A stretch of DNA of 29,222 bases from an uncultured Dehalococcoidia bacterium (GTDB lineage Bacteria > Chloroflexota > Dehalococcoidia > Lucifugimonadales > UBA3495). The position numbers and the translations under genes are program-made. Position 1 is the first letter of the stretch. Every line of letters begins with the position of its first letter. The notes beneath the pieces are model-generated. The model had not been told where the DNA came from, searched no databases, and worked only from the letters and a program-made list of their open reading frames with translations. Positions 9,694 through 18,642 of the stretch are shown one piece after another. The stretch is from NCBI GenBank assembly GCA_950072105.1, contig CATMOE010000048.1, forward strand, positions 1-29,222, given 5' to 3'.

Positions 9694-11349
9694 CTACCTG
9701 CCGACCCATCGTCCATAGATGGGATACTGGCTGCAGATGAACTCGATGTAAGCGGGTTGGTTGGCGTCGTTGGCCGCCATCGCCCTCTTCAGGGCCGGGC
9801 CTACCTCTGACGGCTCTGTGACTCGCTCGGTGTGGTAGCCCAATGCCCCGATGACCTGGGACATGTCGACCTCGTCATTGCCCAGCACTTTGTGGGTGAA
9901 TGGGTCGTGGCCGTCGCCCCAGAATCCGGGGCCATACCCCGCGAAACCGCCGTTGCTGACATGAACTACTGTGATGCCCATCTTCTGGCGCAGGGGCACT
10001 TCCAAGTTGCCCATCATGTATCCCAGGCCGGCTTCTCCCGTCACCGCGACGCAATACTTCTGGGGGAAGGAGATCTTCGCCGCGATGGTCGCGGCCAGGC
10101 TGAATCCCAGTGAGGAGACGTTGCCCCATCCGAGAAATCCCCGTGGAATCAAGGTGTCGTACACCGTGCTCAATTGGTCCCTGGTGTTGCCCGATTCGTG
10201 GGTCACGAAGGAGTTAAGGGGGTCCAGCACTTCCATCAGCCCCGCATAGACCCGGTAAGGGTTGATCGGCTTGTCGGTGGAGGCCATCGCCTCCCGGTAT
10301 TGGACCATCGCCGAATCCCGGGATGACTTGACCTCGGCCGCCACGCTGCCTGGGGCCCTGCCGTTGCCGGAGGTTTTGTCCGACAATTCTTTCTCCAACG
10401 CCTGTAGTGCGAAACGAGCGTCGCCGATCAAAGCTACTGCCGTGGCGTAAGTCTTGTTCACGTGCAACTCATCCACGGTGCAGTGGATGATAGTCTTATT
10501 GGCCGCGTCTGGGATGCCGTGGCTGAAACGGCCCGGCGACAGGCTAGACCCTATGGCTAGAATCAGGTCGCTCTTGGCTAGATATTCATCAACCTGATCA
10601 CCCCGGACGCCGACGAACAGCGGATTGTTCTCGGGGAAGGCCCCCTTGGCCTTCAGCGTGCTGATAACCGGCGTGTTGGCCAGTTCCGCGAAGGATGTTA
10701 GCTCGGCGGATGCCCCGGCATAGATCACACCCTCCCCAGCGTAGATCAACGGGTTCCGGGCGCTGAGCAGAAGTTCGATCGCCTTGGCAACGTCTTCCGG
10801 ATCGGGCGCGGATTTCCAACCCTTGATCGGAACGTAGGGGTCGGCAGTCTCATCATAGAGGCCTCCGGCGTCCGGGATGGCCAATACCACGGGACCCGGC
10901 CTACCGGTTCGCAGCATGGTGAAGGCGCGGCGCATGAATTCGGGTAGCCGCTCCGGCTTGTCCACGTAACCGTACCACTTGGAGACGGATTTCAAACTCG
11001 ACGTAACGTCGAACTGGCTGTTCTCCGAGGCGCCGATGGGCACTCCGTCGGTTATACAGAGCACGGGGGAGCCGTCTTCGTAGGCTTGGGCCATGCCTGC
11101 GTAAGCGACCTGCAGGCCCGCGGCGTTGACCCCGCCTTGAAAGGTGCAAACGCCGTTCTTGGAACCTGCGTTGATGCGGGAGAAAGCGTCGGCCAAGGCG
11201 ACGGCGTACCGGTCGTCCCGCATCATCACCATGGGTATGCCCTCCTGTCCCAAGGCATTGTTCACGTGACACACAGGAAAGGTGGACACCCACTCCACGC
11301 CTTCCTGCTTGAGAATTCGCGCGATACCGGTGGCCACGTTGATAGTCAT
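9694..11349 (-). CDS. Thiamine-diphosphate-dependent enzyme (acetolactate synthase-like superfamily), substrate unknown
   Basis: 551 aa; AYEDGSPVLCIT, RRAFTMLRTGRPGPVVL, PLIYAGEGV, GEAG...SNGG cofactor motif; GGAGGA SD. Confidence 0.88.
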   Translation of the reverse strand: MTINVATGIARILKQEGVEWVSTFPVCHVNNALGQEGIPMVMMRDDRYAVALADAFSRINAGSKNGVCTFQGGVNAAGLQVAYAGMAQAYEDGSPVLCITDGVPIGASENSQFDVTSSLKSVSKWYGYVDKPERLPEFMRRAFTMLRTGRPGPVVLAIPDAGGLYDETADPYVPIKGWKSAPDPEDVAKAIELLLSARNPLIYAGEGVIYAGASAELTSFAELANTPVISTLKAKGAFPENNPLFVGVRGDQVDEYLAKSDLILAIGSSLSPGRFSHGIPDAANKTIIHCTVDELHVNKTYATAVALIGDARFALQALEKELSDKTSGNGRAPGSVAAEVKSSRDSAMVQYREAMASTDKPINPYRVYAGLMEVLDPLNSFVTHESGNTRDQLSTVYDTLIPRGFLGWGNVSSLGFSLAATIAAKISFPQKYCVAVTGEAGLGYMMGNLEVPLRQKMGITVVHVSNGGFAGYGPGFWGDGHDPFTHKVLGNDEVDMSQVIGALGYHTERVTEPSEVGPALKRAMAANDANQPAYIEFICSQYPIYGRWVGR

Positions 11350-11547
11350 ATAACCGTCCTCCGAATTTATTTAGGCCTACGTACATGCGCAGGCAGTGCG
11401 TTGAGTCGATGGGGCCGGGTTTATCGAGCCCATATTGAGGGCCGAAACCCGAGCCTAGGGCGCCACAACGCCTATATATTACTATGATTCGGACACGAGG
11501 GACCGGACCGAAAAATGCCCGTCGATGTCTACCGCGCCGGAAACTCC

Positions 11548-12777
11548 TTAAAGCCGCCGCAACTTCGGCGTGAACATCGCCAGAATCAGAATCAGTATGA
11601 TGCCCATTATTCCAATCACCCTGGCGGCCATGGGCGGTCCCCACGCCACCGCTAGCCACCCGGTAGACATGCTCCCTATGGCGAATGAATAAATGGCCAG
11701 GGAACGCAGGCTTATCACCCGGCCTCGATAGCCAGCGTCGGCCGCGCGCAACAATGCCGCCAGGGTAAACACCTGTATCGACCCGAATCCCATGCCGATA
11801 AACACCAGAATCGCCATGGATACGTAAAAAGATTCGGTCGTAGATATCGCCAGGATGCTGATGTGCCAAAGTAGCGCGGCGGCGAACATCAGCTTGCCGA
11901 CATGGCGTAGATTCCGGACCATCGCCCAGGTCAAAGACGCACCAAGCGCGCCAGCGCCGAAGGCGAACATCAGTACACCCAGGCCGGCGGAATCGGTACC
12001 CAGTACGTCGCGGGCAAAGCTGGGTATCAAGCTGGTATGGAAGGTCCATCCAAAGAACTCGATGATGATTGCCACCATCAGCGTGCCCCAGATGATTTGC
12101 TCGCCCTTTACGTACTTCAGGCCCGATATTATCGAACGGAGCACCGGCTCTCGTCCTGCTGTTGCAGGTTTCTTGTCTAGCCTGATGGAAAGGGCGGCGA
12201 ATCCGCTTAAACAGTAGAGGCCTGTAATCATGGCGTAGGCCCCTTCTGGACCGTAGGACTTGAACAAGACTCCGCCAATCAGCGGTCCCAGAAGCATCGC
12301 TAGGTTCATACCTACGGAGTTGAAAGCCGCCCCGTTGCCGATGCGCTCTTGAGGCAATGTGTCGGCGACCAGAGACTGGGCAGTGGGCATCTGGAACACA
12401 CGAACCACCCCGGCCGCCATGGCTACGCCGAATATGTGCCAGACTTGTATATGACCGCTCAATATCAGAGCAATCATAATCACGCCTAGAATGGCGATGA
12501 TGAATTCCACGGCCGCCAAGATGCGGTTACGGGGTAGGCGGTCGGCTATCGCCCCGGCAAACAAGGCAAAGATGTTCAAGGACATTCGGGCCGTCCACGT
12601 AAGCCCGACCAGGAAAGGATTGTCGGTTAGGGTTAAGACATACCATCCCATGACCAGCGCTTCCATCTGGGTCCCCATCCCTAGCAGGGTGGTTGATGTC
12701 CAAACGGCGGCGAAGCTACGGTATCGGAATATCGAAAGAGGATATGCGGCGCGGCTTAACGCACTAGGTTGTTTCAA
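11548..12777 (-). CDS. MFS transporter
   Basis: 409 aa with about 12 hydrophobic segments; motif A GAIADRLPRNR and C-terminal GYRGRVISL; TTG start uncertain. Confidence 0.9.
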   Translation of the reverse strand: MKQPSALSRAAYPLSIFRYRSFAAVWTSTTLLGMGTQMEALVMGWYVLTLTDNPFLVGLTWTARMSLNIFALFAGAIADRLPRNRILAAVEFIIAILGVIMIALILSGHIQVWHIFGVAMAAGVVRVFQMPTAQSLVADTLPQERIGNGAAFNSVGMNLAMLLGPLIGGVLFKSYGPEGAYAMITGLYCLSGFAALSIRLDKKPATAGREPVLRSIISGLKYVKGEQIIWGTLMVAIIIEFFGWTFHTSLIPSFARDVLGTDSAGLGVLMFAFGAGALGASLTWAMVRNLRHVGKLMFAAALLWHISILAISTTESFYVSMAILVFIGMGFGSIQVFTLAALLRAADAGYRGRVISLRSLAIYSFAIGSMSTGWLAVAWGPPMAARVIGIMGIILILILAMFTPKLRRL

Positions 12778-12992
12778 ATATAAATCGAACCGGCTCTGCC
12801 AAGGTGGGTCTGTTCACCGCCTGGCAGGACCCTGATACGCTCCCGGAATCGTCGAATATCGACGAGAGTCTCACGTATGTTAATGCAGACAACGATCAAT
12901 AACCATATCCTTGATTAACGCCTTCTTGTGGATTTGAATGCCGATGTGGTAATGTCTCTCGCATAACTTGCGATAAGAATAGGAGGAAGTTC

Positions 12993-13490
12993 ATGGGTTA
13001 CAAGCCAGCGAAGCTAGGACATGTCAACATATTCGTGCGTAACGCGGAGCGTTCCCGGGATTGGTATGAGGACCTCCTGGGTCTGCATACCCACGGTTTT
13101 ACGCCCGGGCGCGCCGCCTTCATGAGTGCGGACGTGGGTAACTCCCATGAGATTGCCCTGCTACAAGTGGGAGAAGACGCTCCCGCCCCGCAAAGTGGGC
13201 AGATAGGCTTGAACCACATGGCCTGGTATATGGACACGCTGAGCGACCTGGAAGAGATCTACTTCCGGATCAAAGAGAAGAACATAGAGATAGAGCGCGT
13301 TTCCGACCACGGCCATGCCATCGGCATCTACATCCATGACCCCGACGGCAACGGCATCGAGATTTCTTATGAGATGCCCGCCAGCGAATGGGGACACGAC
13401 GCAAACGGGTACATGATTGGCGGCACCCAAAAAGGCCGCATGCCCGGCCCTTGGGACGAGGAGATTGCTCGGGAGGCGGTAGCGCCCTAG
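12993..13490 (+). CDS. VOC (glyoxalase/extradiol dioxygenase) family protein
   Basis: LGHVNIFVRN, GLNHMAW, IYIHDPDGNGIE with His/His/Glu ligands; AGGAGG SD. Confidence 0.88.
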   Translation: MGYKPAKLGHVNIFVRNAERSRDWYEDLLGLHTHGFTPGRAAFMSADVGNSHEIALLQVGEDAPAPQSGQIGLNHMAWYMDTLSDLEEIYFRIKEKNIEIERVSDHGHAIGIYIHDPDGNGIEISYEMPASEWGHDANGYMIGGTQKGRMPGPWDEEIAREAVAP

Positions 13491-13815
13491 CCGGCCACTG
13501 GGGAAGTTGAACTAATATGGGGACGCCCGGAATTCATCGGGGCGTCCCCTTTTCTTTTCGGAGAGAACGGCTCTAACGGGGGATTTCTGAACGCCCTGTA
13601 AATAATGGTTCGAAAGGCCCACCACGAACGGGAATCAAACTCTGATCCCTGCATCATGACATTGTCGAAGAACACACCAGTCTTGTACTCAGAAGATTGT
13701 TCTAGCAAGAACGGTAGGTCGTCTGGCTCCTCGGCGCTATAGTCAGATCTAGACCATCCAAGGCTTCAATGGACCAGATACCAAGGTCCCGCATCGGGTG
13801 AACTAGATCGCTCAT
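13487..13815 (-). pseudogene. Possible small frameshifted gene or remnant, function unknown
   Basis: ATG 13815 frame (MSDLVHPMRDLGIWSIEALDGLD) joins the 13708-13487 frame (DYSAEEPDDLPFLLEQSSEYKTG..) if one base is added at about 13744; no recognisable family. Confidence 0.2.
13519..13558 (+). terminator. Rho-independent terminator of the VOC gene
   Basis: Stem GGGGACGCCC (13519-13528) / GGGCGTCCCC (13540-13549) followed by TTTTCTTTT. Confidence 0.85.
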
Positions 13816-13873
13816 TACCAATTATTCAACATTTGATTCCCGGTGCGTCAAGAGACCGGTTCTATAGGCGCAA

Positions 13874-13970
13874 TAGTTTCTAATACACATTGTTTAGTTG
13901 ACAATATATCTGATTGCTGTTTACAATCTTGTTAGATTAGTTTCTAATAAACTAAGATCAGGTTGTCAAT
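13874..13970 (+). promoter_or_regulatory. Sigma70-type promoter with multiple operator-like repeats upstream of the DUF4325 gene
   Basis: TTGACA 13898-13903 and TACAAT 13922-13927 (18-bp spacer); 12-bp direct repeat TAGTTTCTAATA at 13874 and 13938; palindrome TTAGTTT-N5-AAACTAA at 13937-13955. Confidence 0.7.
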
Positions 13971-13973
13971 CAC

Positions 13974-15017
13974 ATGACTAACAGAACAACCCGGCTCCAA
14001 TCAATCACAGACTTCATTGTGGAAAATGTCGGAGAGCATCGTTCTGATATAGGGTCGCTGGTCGCTACCGGGTTTAACATGTCCAGGCAAGCTGCCAACA
14101 AACATTTGCGGCGGCTAACTGAAGCAGGGGTGCTTGAGAATATCGGCAATACCCGATCGAAAGAATACAGTCTCGCAGTTTTAGACGGTAACTCGATTGA
14201 GATCGCGGTCACTCCGGAACTCGCAGAACATGAAGTGTGGATGGAGCATATTTTTCCCTTTCTTGGTGAACTATCCAGGAATGTCGAAGACATCTGTCAA
14301 TTTGGGTTCACTGAAATGGTCAACAACGTTGTCGAACATTCTAGCTCCCCGGTTCTCAATGTAACGGTGAGCCGGACTGCCGCAGATATATTGATGACCG
14401 TTGAAGACCGCGGGATCGGCATCTTCCGCAAGATTCAAGACGAATTCGGATATCGAGACCCCCGCGACGCATTGCTACAATTGAGCAAAGGCAAATTAAC
14501 GACTGCCAAAGAAGCCCATTCGGGTGAAGGATTTTTCTTTACTTCTCGAATGTTTGATTCATTTATTTTGAACTCAGGCGCTCTACAGTTTAGCCGTATG
14601 AATTCGATGCCTGGTGATTGGCTAATTGAAGTTGATGATCGAGAACCGATCCAAGGCACTGAGATATACATGGAAATTCGGCTAACAGCAAATCGCACCA
14701 CCAAAGAGATATTCGATGCTGCCATGACCGAGTTTGAAGAGTTCGCCTTTATCCGGACCCATGTTCCAATAAAATTGGCGGTGTATGGCAACGAACAACT
14801 TGTATCGCGATCTCAGGCCAAGCGAGTTTTAGCCCGATTCGACTCATTTCAAGAGATAATGCTAGATTTCCAAGGAGTGGACACGATCGGTCCAGCATTC
14901 GCTGATGAGATCTTCCGGGTGTTCGCGAACCAGCACCCAGGTATTGAACTCATTTGGGAACGGACCACACCCGCTGTTGACCAAATGATACGCAGGGCCA
15001 AGTCAAACGCACCATAA
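13974..15017 (+). CDS. wHTH + HATPase_c (GHKL) + DUF4325 (STAS-like) domain protein
   Basis: N-terminal HTH (FNMSRQAANKHLRRL); N-box EMVNNVVEHS, G1 DRGIGI, HSGEGFFFTSRMFD; C-terminal LVSRSQAKRV..LDFQGVDTIGPAFADEIFRVF. Confidence 0.85.
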   Translation: MTNRTTRLQSITDFIVENVGEHRSDIGSLVATGFNMSRQAANKHLRRLTEAGVLENIGNTRSKEYSLAVLDGNSIEIAVTPELAEHEVWMEHIFPFLGELSRNVEDICQFGFTEMVNNVVEHSSSPVLNVTVSRTAADILMTVEDRGIGIFRKIQDEFGYRDPRDALLQLSKGKLTTAKEAHSGEGFFFTSRMFDSFILNSGALQFSRMNSMPGDWLIEVDDREPIQGTEIYMEIRLTANRTTKEIFDAAMTEFEEFAFIRTHVPIKLAVYGNEQLVSRSQAKRVLARFDSFQEIMLDFQGVDTIGPAFADEIFRVFANQHPGIELIWERTTPAVDQMIRRAKSNAP

Positions 15018-15062
15018 CACCTAGGGGGCCTAGCTGTGGCCGGGCCTCTTTGGTGATGATGC

Positions 15063-15283
15063 TCAATGCGGGAGATTTATCCAACGGTCCGTCATTCTAT
15101 CAACTGCTTTTTCGGTGGCGCCTTTATGAGCAAGGTGTTGAACAATCTCCACCACGAAGACAGCGAAATAAGCGACTACAAATCCGGCACCTATTTCAGC
15201 CCATTCTTCCCAAACGTTCGTGAGAATGACCGAAATTTGACCATCGCCGCGGCTATCAGCGAGACAAAAACGACCCTCACCAA
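15063..15283 (-). pseudogene. Possible small two-helix membrane protein gene, frameshifted or remnant
   Basis: LVRVVFVSLIAAAMV, then after a 1-nt shift at about 15236 ISVILTNVWEEWAEIGAGFVVAYFAVFVVEIVQHLAHKG...INLPH*; not in the ORF track. Confidence 0.3.
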
Positions 15284-15299
15284 GAAGTCCGTATGGCCT

Positions 15300-16400
15300 C
15301 TAGAACTCCTTAATACGGGGCAGGACTTCCCGCCCGAACAATTCCAGTTCCTTCATGACTTCCTTGTGCCCGATGCCGGGTTGTTGGAAGCCTAGGTCCA
15401 CGATGCCGATGCCAGCCTGGTCGTGGTACTCCTTCAGTTGCTTGACCACGGTGTCAGGGCTGCCGATGAATGTCAGAAGGCCCCGTGAGTCCCGGGCGGC
15501 ATTGCGGCCGCCGTCACCAACGACGTGGGGGGTGGACTCGCCATCGGCGCGCGCTCCCTGCACCGCCTGGGTGATGGACGGGCGCAGGGACAGGCCACGC
15601 TGGAATCCCCCGGCTTGGAGTTCTTCCATACGCTTTTGCGCCAGTTGGTCCGTTTCCGCCAGGTAGATGGCGCCACGGAATAAGATGTCATCCTTCGCGG
15701 GCTGCCAGCCGGCTTCCCGGCACCACTGGTTATACATTCCAGTGACTTTGGCTGCCCTGTCCGGTGGCTCATAGGCGACGCCCAGTCCCAGCCGATGGGT
15801 GGCGGCGTAATGGACCGTATCTTCGCTGCGGGTGGACACGATCGCCGGCGGCAAAGGCTTCTGCACGGGAGCGGGCCAAACGGACACGGTGCGGTATTGG
15901 TAGTAGCGCCCTTCCCAGGAGAAGGGTTGGGTTTCGGTCAAGGCCTTCAGGACTAGGTCCATGGCCTCCATCAGCCTGCCCCGGCCCTCTTCCGGGTTTA
16001 TCCCGTAGGCCTGATCTTCGGTGATGGTGCTACGCATGAACCCCATGACCAGCCGCCCACCGGTCATGTTGTCCAACATACCGATCTCCTCGGCGGCCCG
16101 GATGGGATTCATCAAGGGCAGCAGTTGACCCATCAGGGCGATCCTGGCTTTCTTGCAGCGCTCGGCCACTGCCGCGGCCATGACCGCCGGGTTGGGAGTG
16201 GTCCGGTTGCCCGAGTAGTGGTGCTCCGAAAGACTTATCCAGTCGAATCCGAGTTCCTCGGCGAATTCACACTCTTCCAGGCCGTCCTGGTAGCTCTGCA
16301 CGGATGTCTTGGAGTCGAGTAACGCGGGCGGTACCGGCCATTCGGCCGGGAACGTGTGCCTCTCCGAGTACCCCATCGACCCAAAATATGATGCCTTCAT
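15300..16400 (-). CDS. LLM-class (luciferase-like) flavin-dependent oxidoreductase
   Basis: AEELGFDWISLSEHH, NPIRAAEEIGMLDNMTGGR, VWPAPVQKPLPP, IGSPDTV, LELFGREVLP; ATG 16400 has a GGGAGAG SD. Confidence 0.93.
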   Translation of the reverse strand: MKASYFGSMGYSERHTFPAEWPVPPALLDSKTSVQSYQDGLEECEFAEELGFDWISLSEHHYSGNRTTPNPAVMAAAVAERCKKARIALMGQLLPLMNPIRAAEEIGMLDNMTGGRLVMGFMRSTITEDQAYGINPEEGRGRLMEAMDLVLKALTETQPFSWEGRYYQYRTVSVWPAPVQKPLPPAIVSTRSEDTVHYAATHRLGLGVAYEPPDRAAKVTGMYNQWCREAGWQPAKDDILFRGAIYLAETDQLAQKRMEELQAGGFQRGLSLRPSITQAVQGARADGESTPHVVGDGGRNAARDSRGLLTFIGSPDTVVKQLKEYHDQAGIGIVDLGFQQPGIGHKEVMKELELFGREVLPRIKEF

Positions 16401-16528
16401 GGACTCTCTCCCGATAACGCTCCTGGACACAATGTTGCCGTCAGCGGCGGTTATCGTAGATTGATTCGGCTAACCGTACGGTAAGACCGCCCCGCCAGTA
16501 TAGCCGCAAGTTCAGGCTGGTTCCATGG

Positions 16529-17302
16529 TTAGCTCAAAACATCGAACCAGATGCGTACGGCAGACCCGCCAACCACTATGGCCAGAGCGTACCGCAGTAG
16601 GCGTGGTTGTATCCGGCGGCTCACGATCGCTCCTGCCTGGGCCGACGGCACGGAACCAGCCACCATGATGAGGGCGAGTTCAAGGGGCACTTGAGCGGTC
16701 GTCAGTTTTCCGGCGATCCCCCCGACGGCCGAGAATAAGATGATGCCGAGATTGCTGGCGATGGCGACGCGGGTGGGAACGCGCAGGACGTACAACATCG
16801 ACGGTATCATGATGAATGAACCGGCTTGGCCCACCAGTCCTCCGGCAAATCCTATGGCTCCGCCCAAGATTACGGCTAATGGGGCATTGAAACTGAAAGG
16901 CCCCGGATCTGACTCGTCCTGGGCCGTCCGGGAACCGGGGAGAAAGATCAGCGCTGACGCAATGAGGGCCATGGCGCCAAAGATCGCCAGGATCGCGTCA
17001 TCGGCCACCCACTTGGAGAGAACCGCTCCGGCCAAGGCGCATAGACCCGCTGCGATACCCGCGTACCGGACCAATCTCCAGGAAACCATCCCGTAACCCC
17101 GGTGCCTGGCCAGGCCGGAAACGGCTCCGGCAAACCCCTGGACCATGGTTAGGCCGGTTATCTCCTTCACGGTCAACGCACCGGCGCCGGCCATACTCGG
17201 GCCGTACAGAAACATGGGGGTCATGATCAGGCCGCCTCCCAAGCCAAGAAGGCCGGAGAAAAAGCCCGAGAATATCCCGACGAATAATACGAAGAAGGGC
17301 AT
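16529..17302 (-). CDS. Sulfite exporter TauE/SafE family membrane protein
   Basis: 257 aa, hydrophobic; duplicated GFFSGLLGLGGGLIMTP / GFAGGLVGQAGSFIMIP motifs. Confidence 0.88.
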   Translation of the reverse strand: MPFFVLFVGIFSGFFSGLLGLGGGLIMTPMFLYGPSMAGAGALTVKEITGLTMVQGFAGAVSGLARHRGYGMVSWRLVRYAGIAAGLCALAGAVLSKWVADDAILAIFGAMALIASALIFLPGSRTAQDESDPGPFSFNAPLAVILGGAIGFAGGLVGQAGSFIMIPSMLYVLRVPTRVAIASNLGIILFSAVGGIAGKLTTAQVPLELALIMVAGSVPSAQAGAIVSRRIQPRLLRYALAIVVGGSAVRIWFDVLS

Positions 17303-17320
17303 GTTTAGTCCCCGGTCCCC

Positions 17321-18451
17321 CTATGTCGGGACATCCGACGGCGCCTGACCTGAGCGGGCCGCCTGCAGGTCCTCGGTGGTGACCCTTGGGGTTTTAGCCA
17401 ATTCGTCGGCCAGTCCCGCCGGGGGATGAACGTCCTTCAGGGCGGGTATCACTTGTTCCCCCATCAACCGGATAGAGCGCATGATCTTTTCGTGCTCGAT
17501 TCCGCCGAACATACTCCAGCAACTAACGTGGGTGACGCCCAACTCGGCGGCGCGGCGGAATTTTTCGATCACCGTTTCAGGGCTCCCGAAATAAAGGCGT
17601 TCCATGAACCGGTCGTCGTCCGGCTCCCCTTCATAGGGCGTCACGTCGACCCTTCCGTTGGTTACGGCCAGCCGGCCCAGAGCCCGGCCCGCCCGGTTTT
17701 GCCAGCGGGCGTATTCGATCTGTTCGCGGGCTTGCTCGTCGGTCTCCGCCACGTGTGTGATTGCCTGCATACCCAAGTCTATTCCATGGATGGACTTGCC
17801 CAGGTCCATCCGGGCATGGATCAACGACGCCAGGTGTGCCCTCATGCCATCGCCCCCCAACAACCCGGTGGTGAGGGGCATCATGTCCCATTTCGCCGCC
17901 AGTTGCATGGAGTCGACGCTGGTTCCCGCCAGCCACAGCGGCGGATGCGGTTTTTGCTGAGGCTTGGGCCACACGGTGACTTCGTTGGGAATCTTTATGT
18001 ACTCGCCGTCGTAGGTGAAGGACTCGTCCTGGGTCCAGGCTTTGATCATCACTTCTAGGGATTCGCTGAACCGTTGGCGGGACTCGGCCACCGTAACACC
18101 GAACCGGCCGAATTCGTGGGGTTGGTACCCCCGGCCTACACCGCAGATGAACCTGCCGTCGATTAGGTTGTCCAGGACTGCTACCTCTTCCGCCAATCTT
18201 AGCGGTTGCCAGATTGGCAACACCAGGATCCCCGTGGCGATCTTCAGGCGATTGGTTTGTTGGCCGATGTGGAGAGCCTGCAAAAGGGGCGCGGGCGAGT
18301 TCCCGTAGTTGGAGAAGTGGTGCTCGGCGATGAGACAGTAGTCGAACCCCATCTCTTCCGAGTATTGGATCTCCTCAACACCTTCTCCGTAGAGGGTCTT
18401 CCAATTCCTCAGGTCGGGGTTCGGCCATTCATAGAAAAGTCCAAATTGCAT
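17321..18451 (-). CDS. LLM-class (luciferase-like) flavin-dependent oxidoreductase
   Basis: MQFGLF, EEMGFDYCLIAEHHF, PLRLAEEVAVLDNL, GVGRGY, VWPKPQQKPHPPLW, GSPETV. Confidence 0.94.
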   Translation of the reverse strand: MQFGLFYEWPNPDLRNWKTLYGEGVEEIQYSEEMGFDYCLIAEHHFSNYGNSPAPLLQALHIGQQTNRLKIATGILVLPIWQPLRLAEEVAVLDNLIDGRFICGVGRGYQPHEFGRFGVTVAESRQRFSESLEVMIKAWTQDESFTYDGEYIKIPNEVTVWPKPQQKPHPPLWLAGTSVDSMQLAAKWDMMPLTTGLLGGDGMRAHLASLIHARMDLGKSIHGIDLGMQAITHVAETDEQAREQIEYARWQNRAGRALGRLAVTNGRVDVTPYEGEPDDDRFMERLYFGSPETVIEKFRRAAELGVTHVSCWSMFGGIEHEKIMRSIRLMGEQVIPALKDVHPPAGLADELAKTPRVTTEDLQAARSGQAPSDVPT

Positions 18452-18642
18452 CTATGCTCTCCTGTTTTGCGTTGCCGCGAACCCGCTTACACCGGCGCAG
18501 TTGCAGTCAGGTGGAACTGCCGGGTGGGGCAAGAGGATTCGCCATCGTCTAGTTTCTGGGTCCACCGCGCCGAAGCGGCTCAAGCGATTATGGAATCGAG
18601 TTGAGTATTCTGCGTTAGGCGGCAGTCGCGAAGTGTGGGAGG

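Noticed and set aside
9694..11349. Calling the ThDP enzyme ilvB or xsc
   Set aside because: No small subunit or pta nearby and the motifs are atypical; only the superfamily is supportable
11350..11547. Possible TPP riboswitch in the leader of the ThDP-enzyme gene
   Set aside because: Conserved GCUGAGA and CCUGAU...GCG.AGG elements not found on the minus strand
10901..12049. 382-aa minus-strand ORF spanning the MFS and ThDP genes
   Set aside because: Alternative-frame shadow of two well-supported genes; Arg-rich with no motifs, typical of GC-rich DNA
15023..15051. Terminator after the DUF4325 gene
   Set aside because: Stem needs several G-U pairs and a mismatch and has only a short T run; too weak to call
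15066..15395. 109-aa plus-strand ORF after the DUF4325 gene as a partner (for example a PIN toxin)
   Set aside because: Overlaps the LLM 3' end antisense, shows no PIN-like acidic motif; the minus strand looks more protein-like
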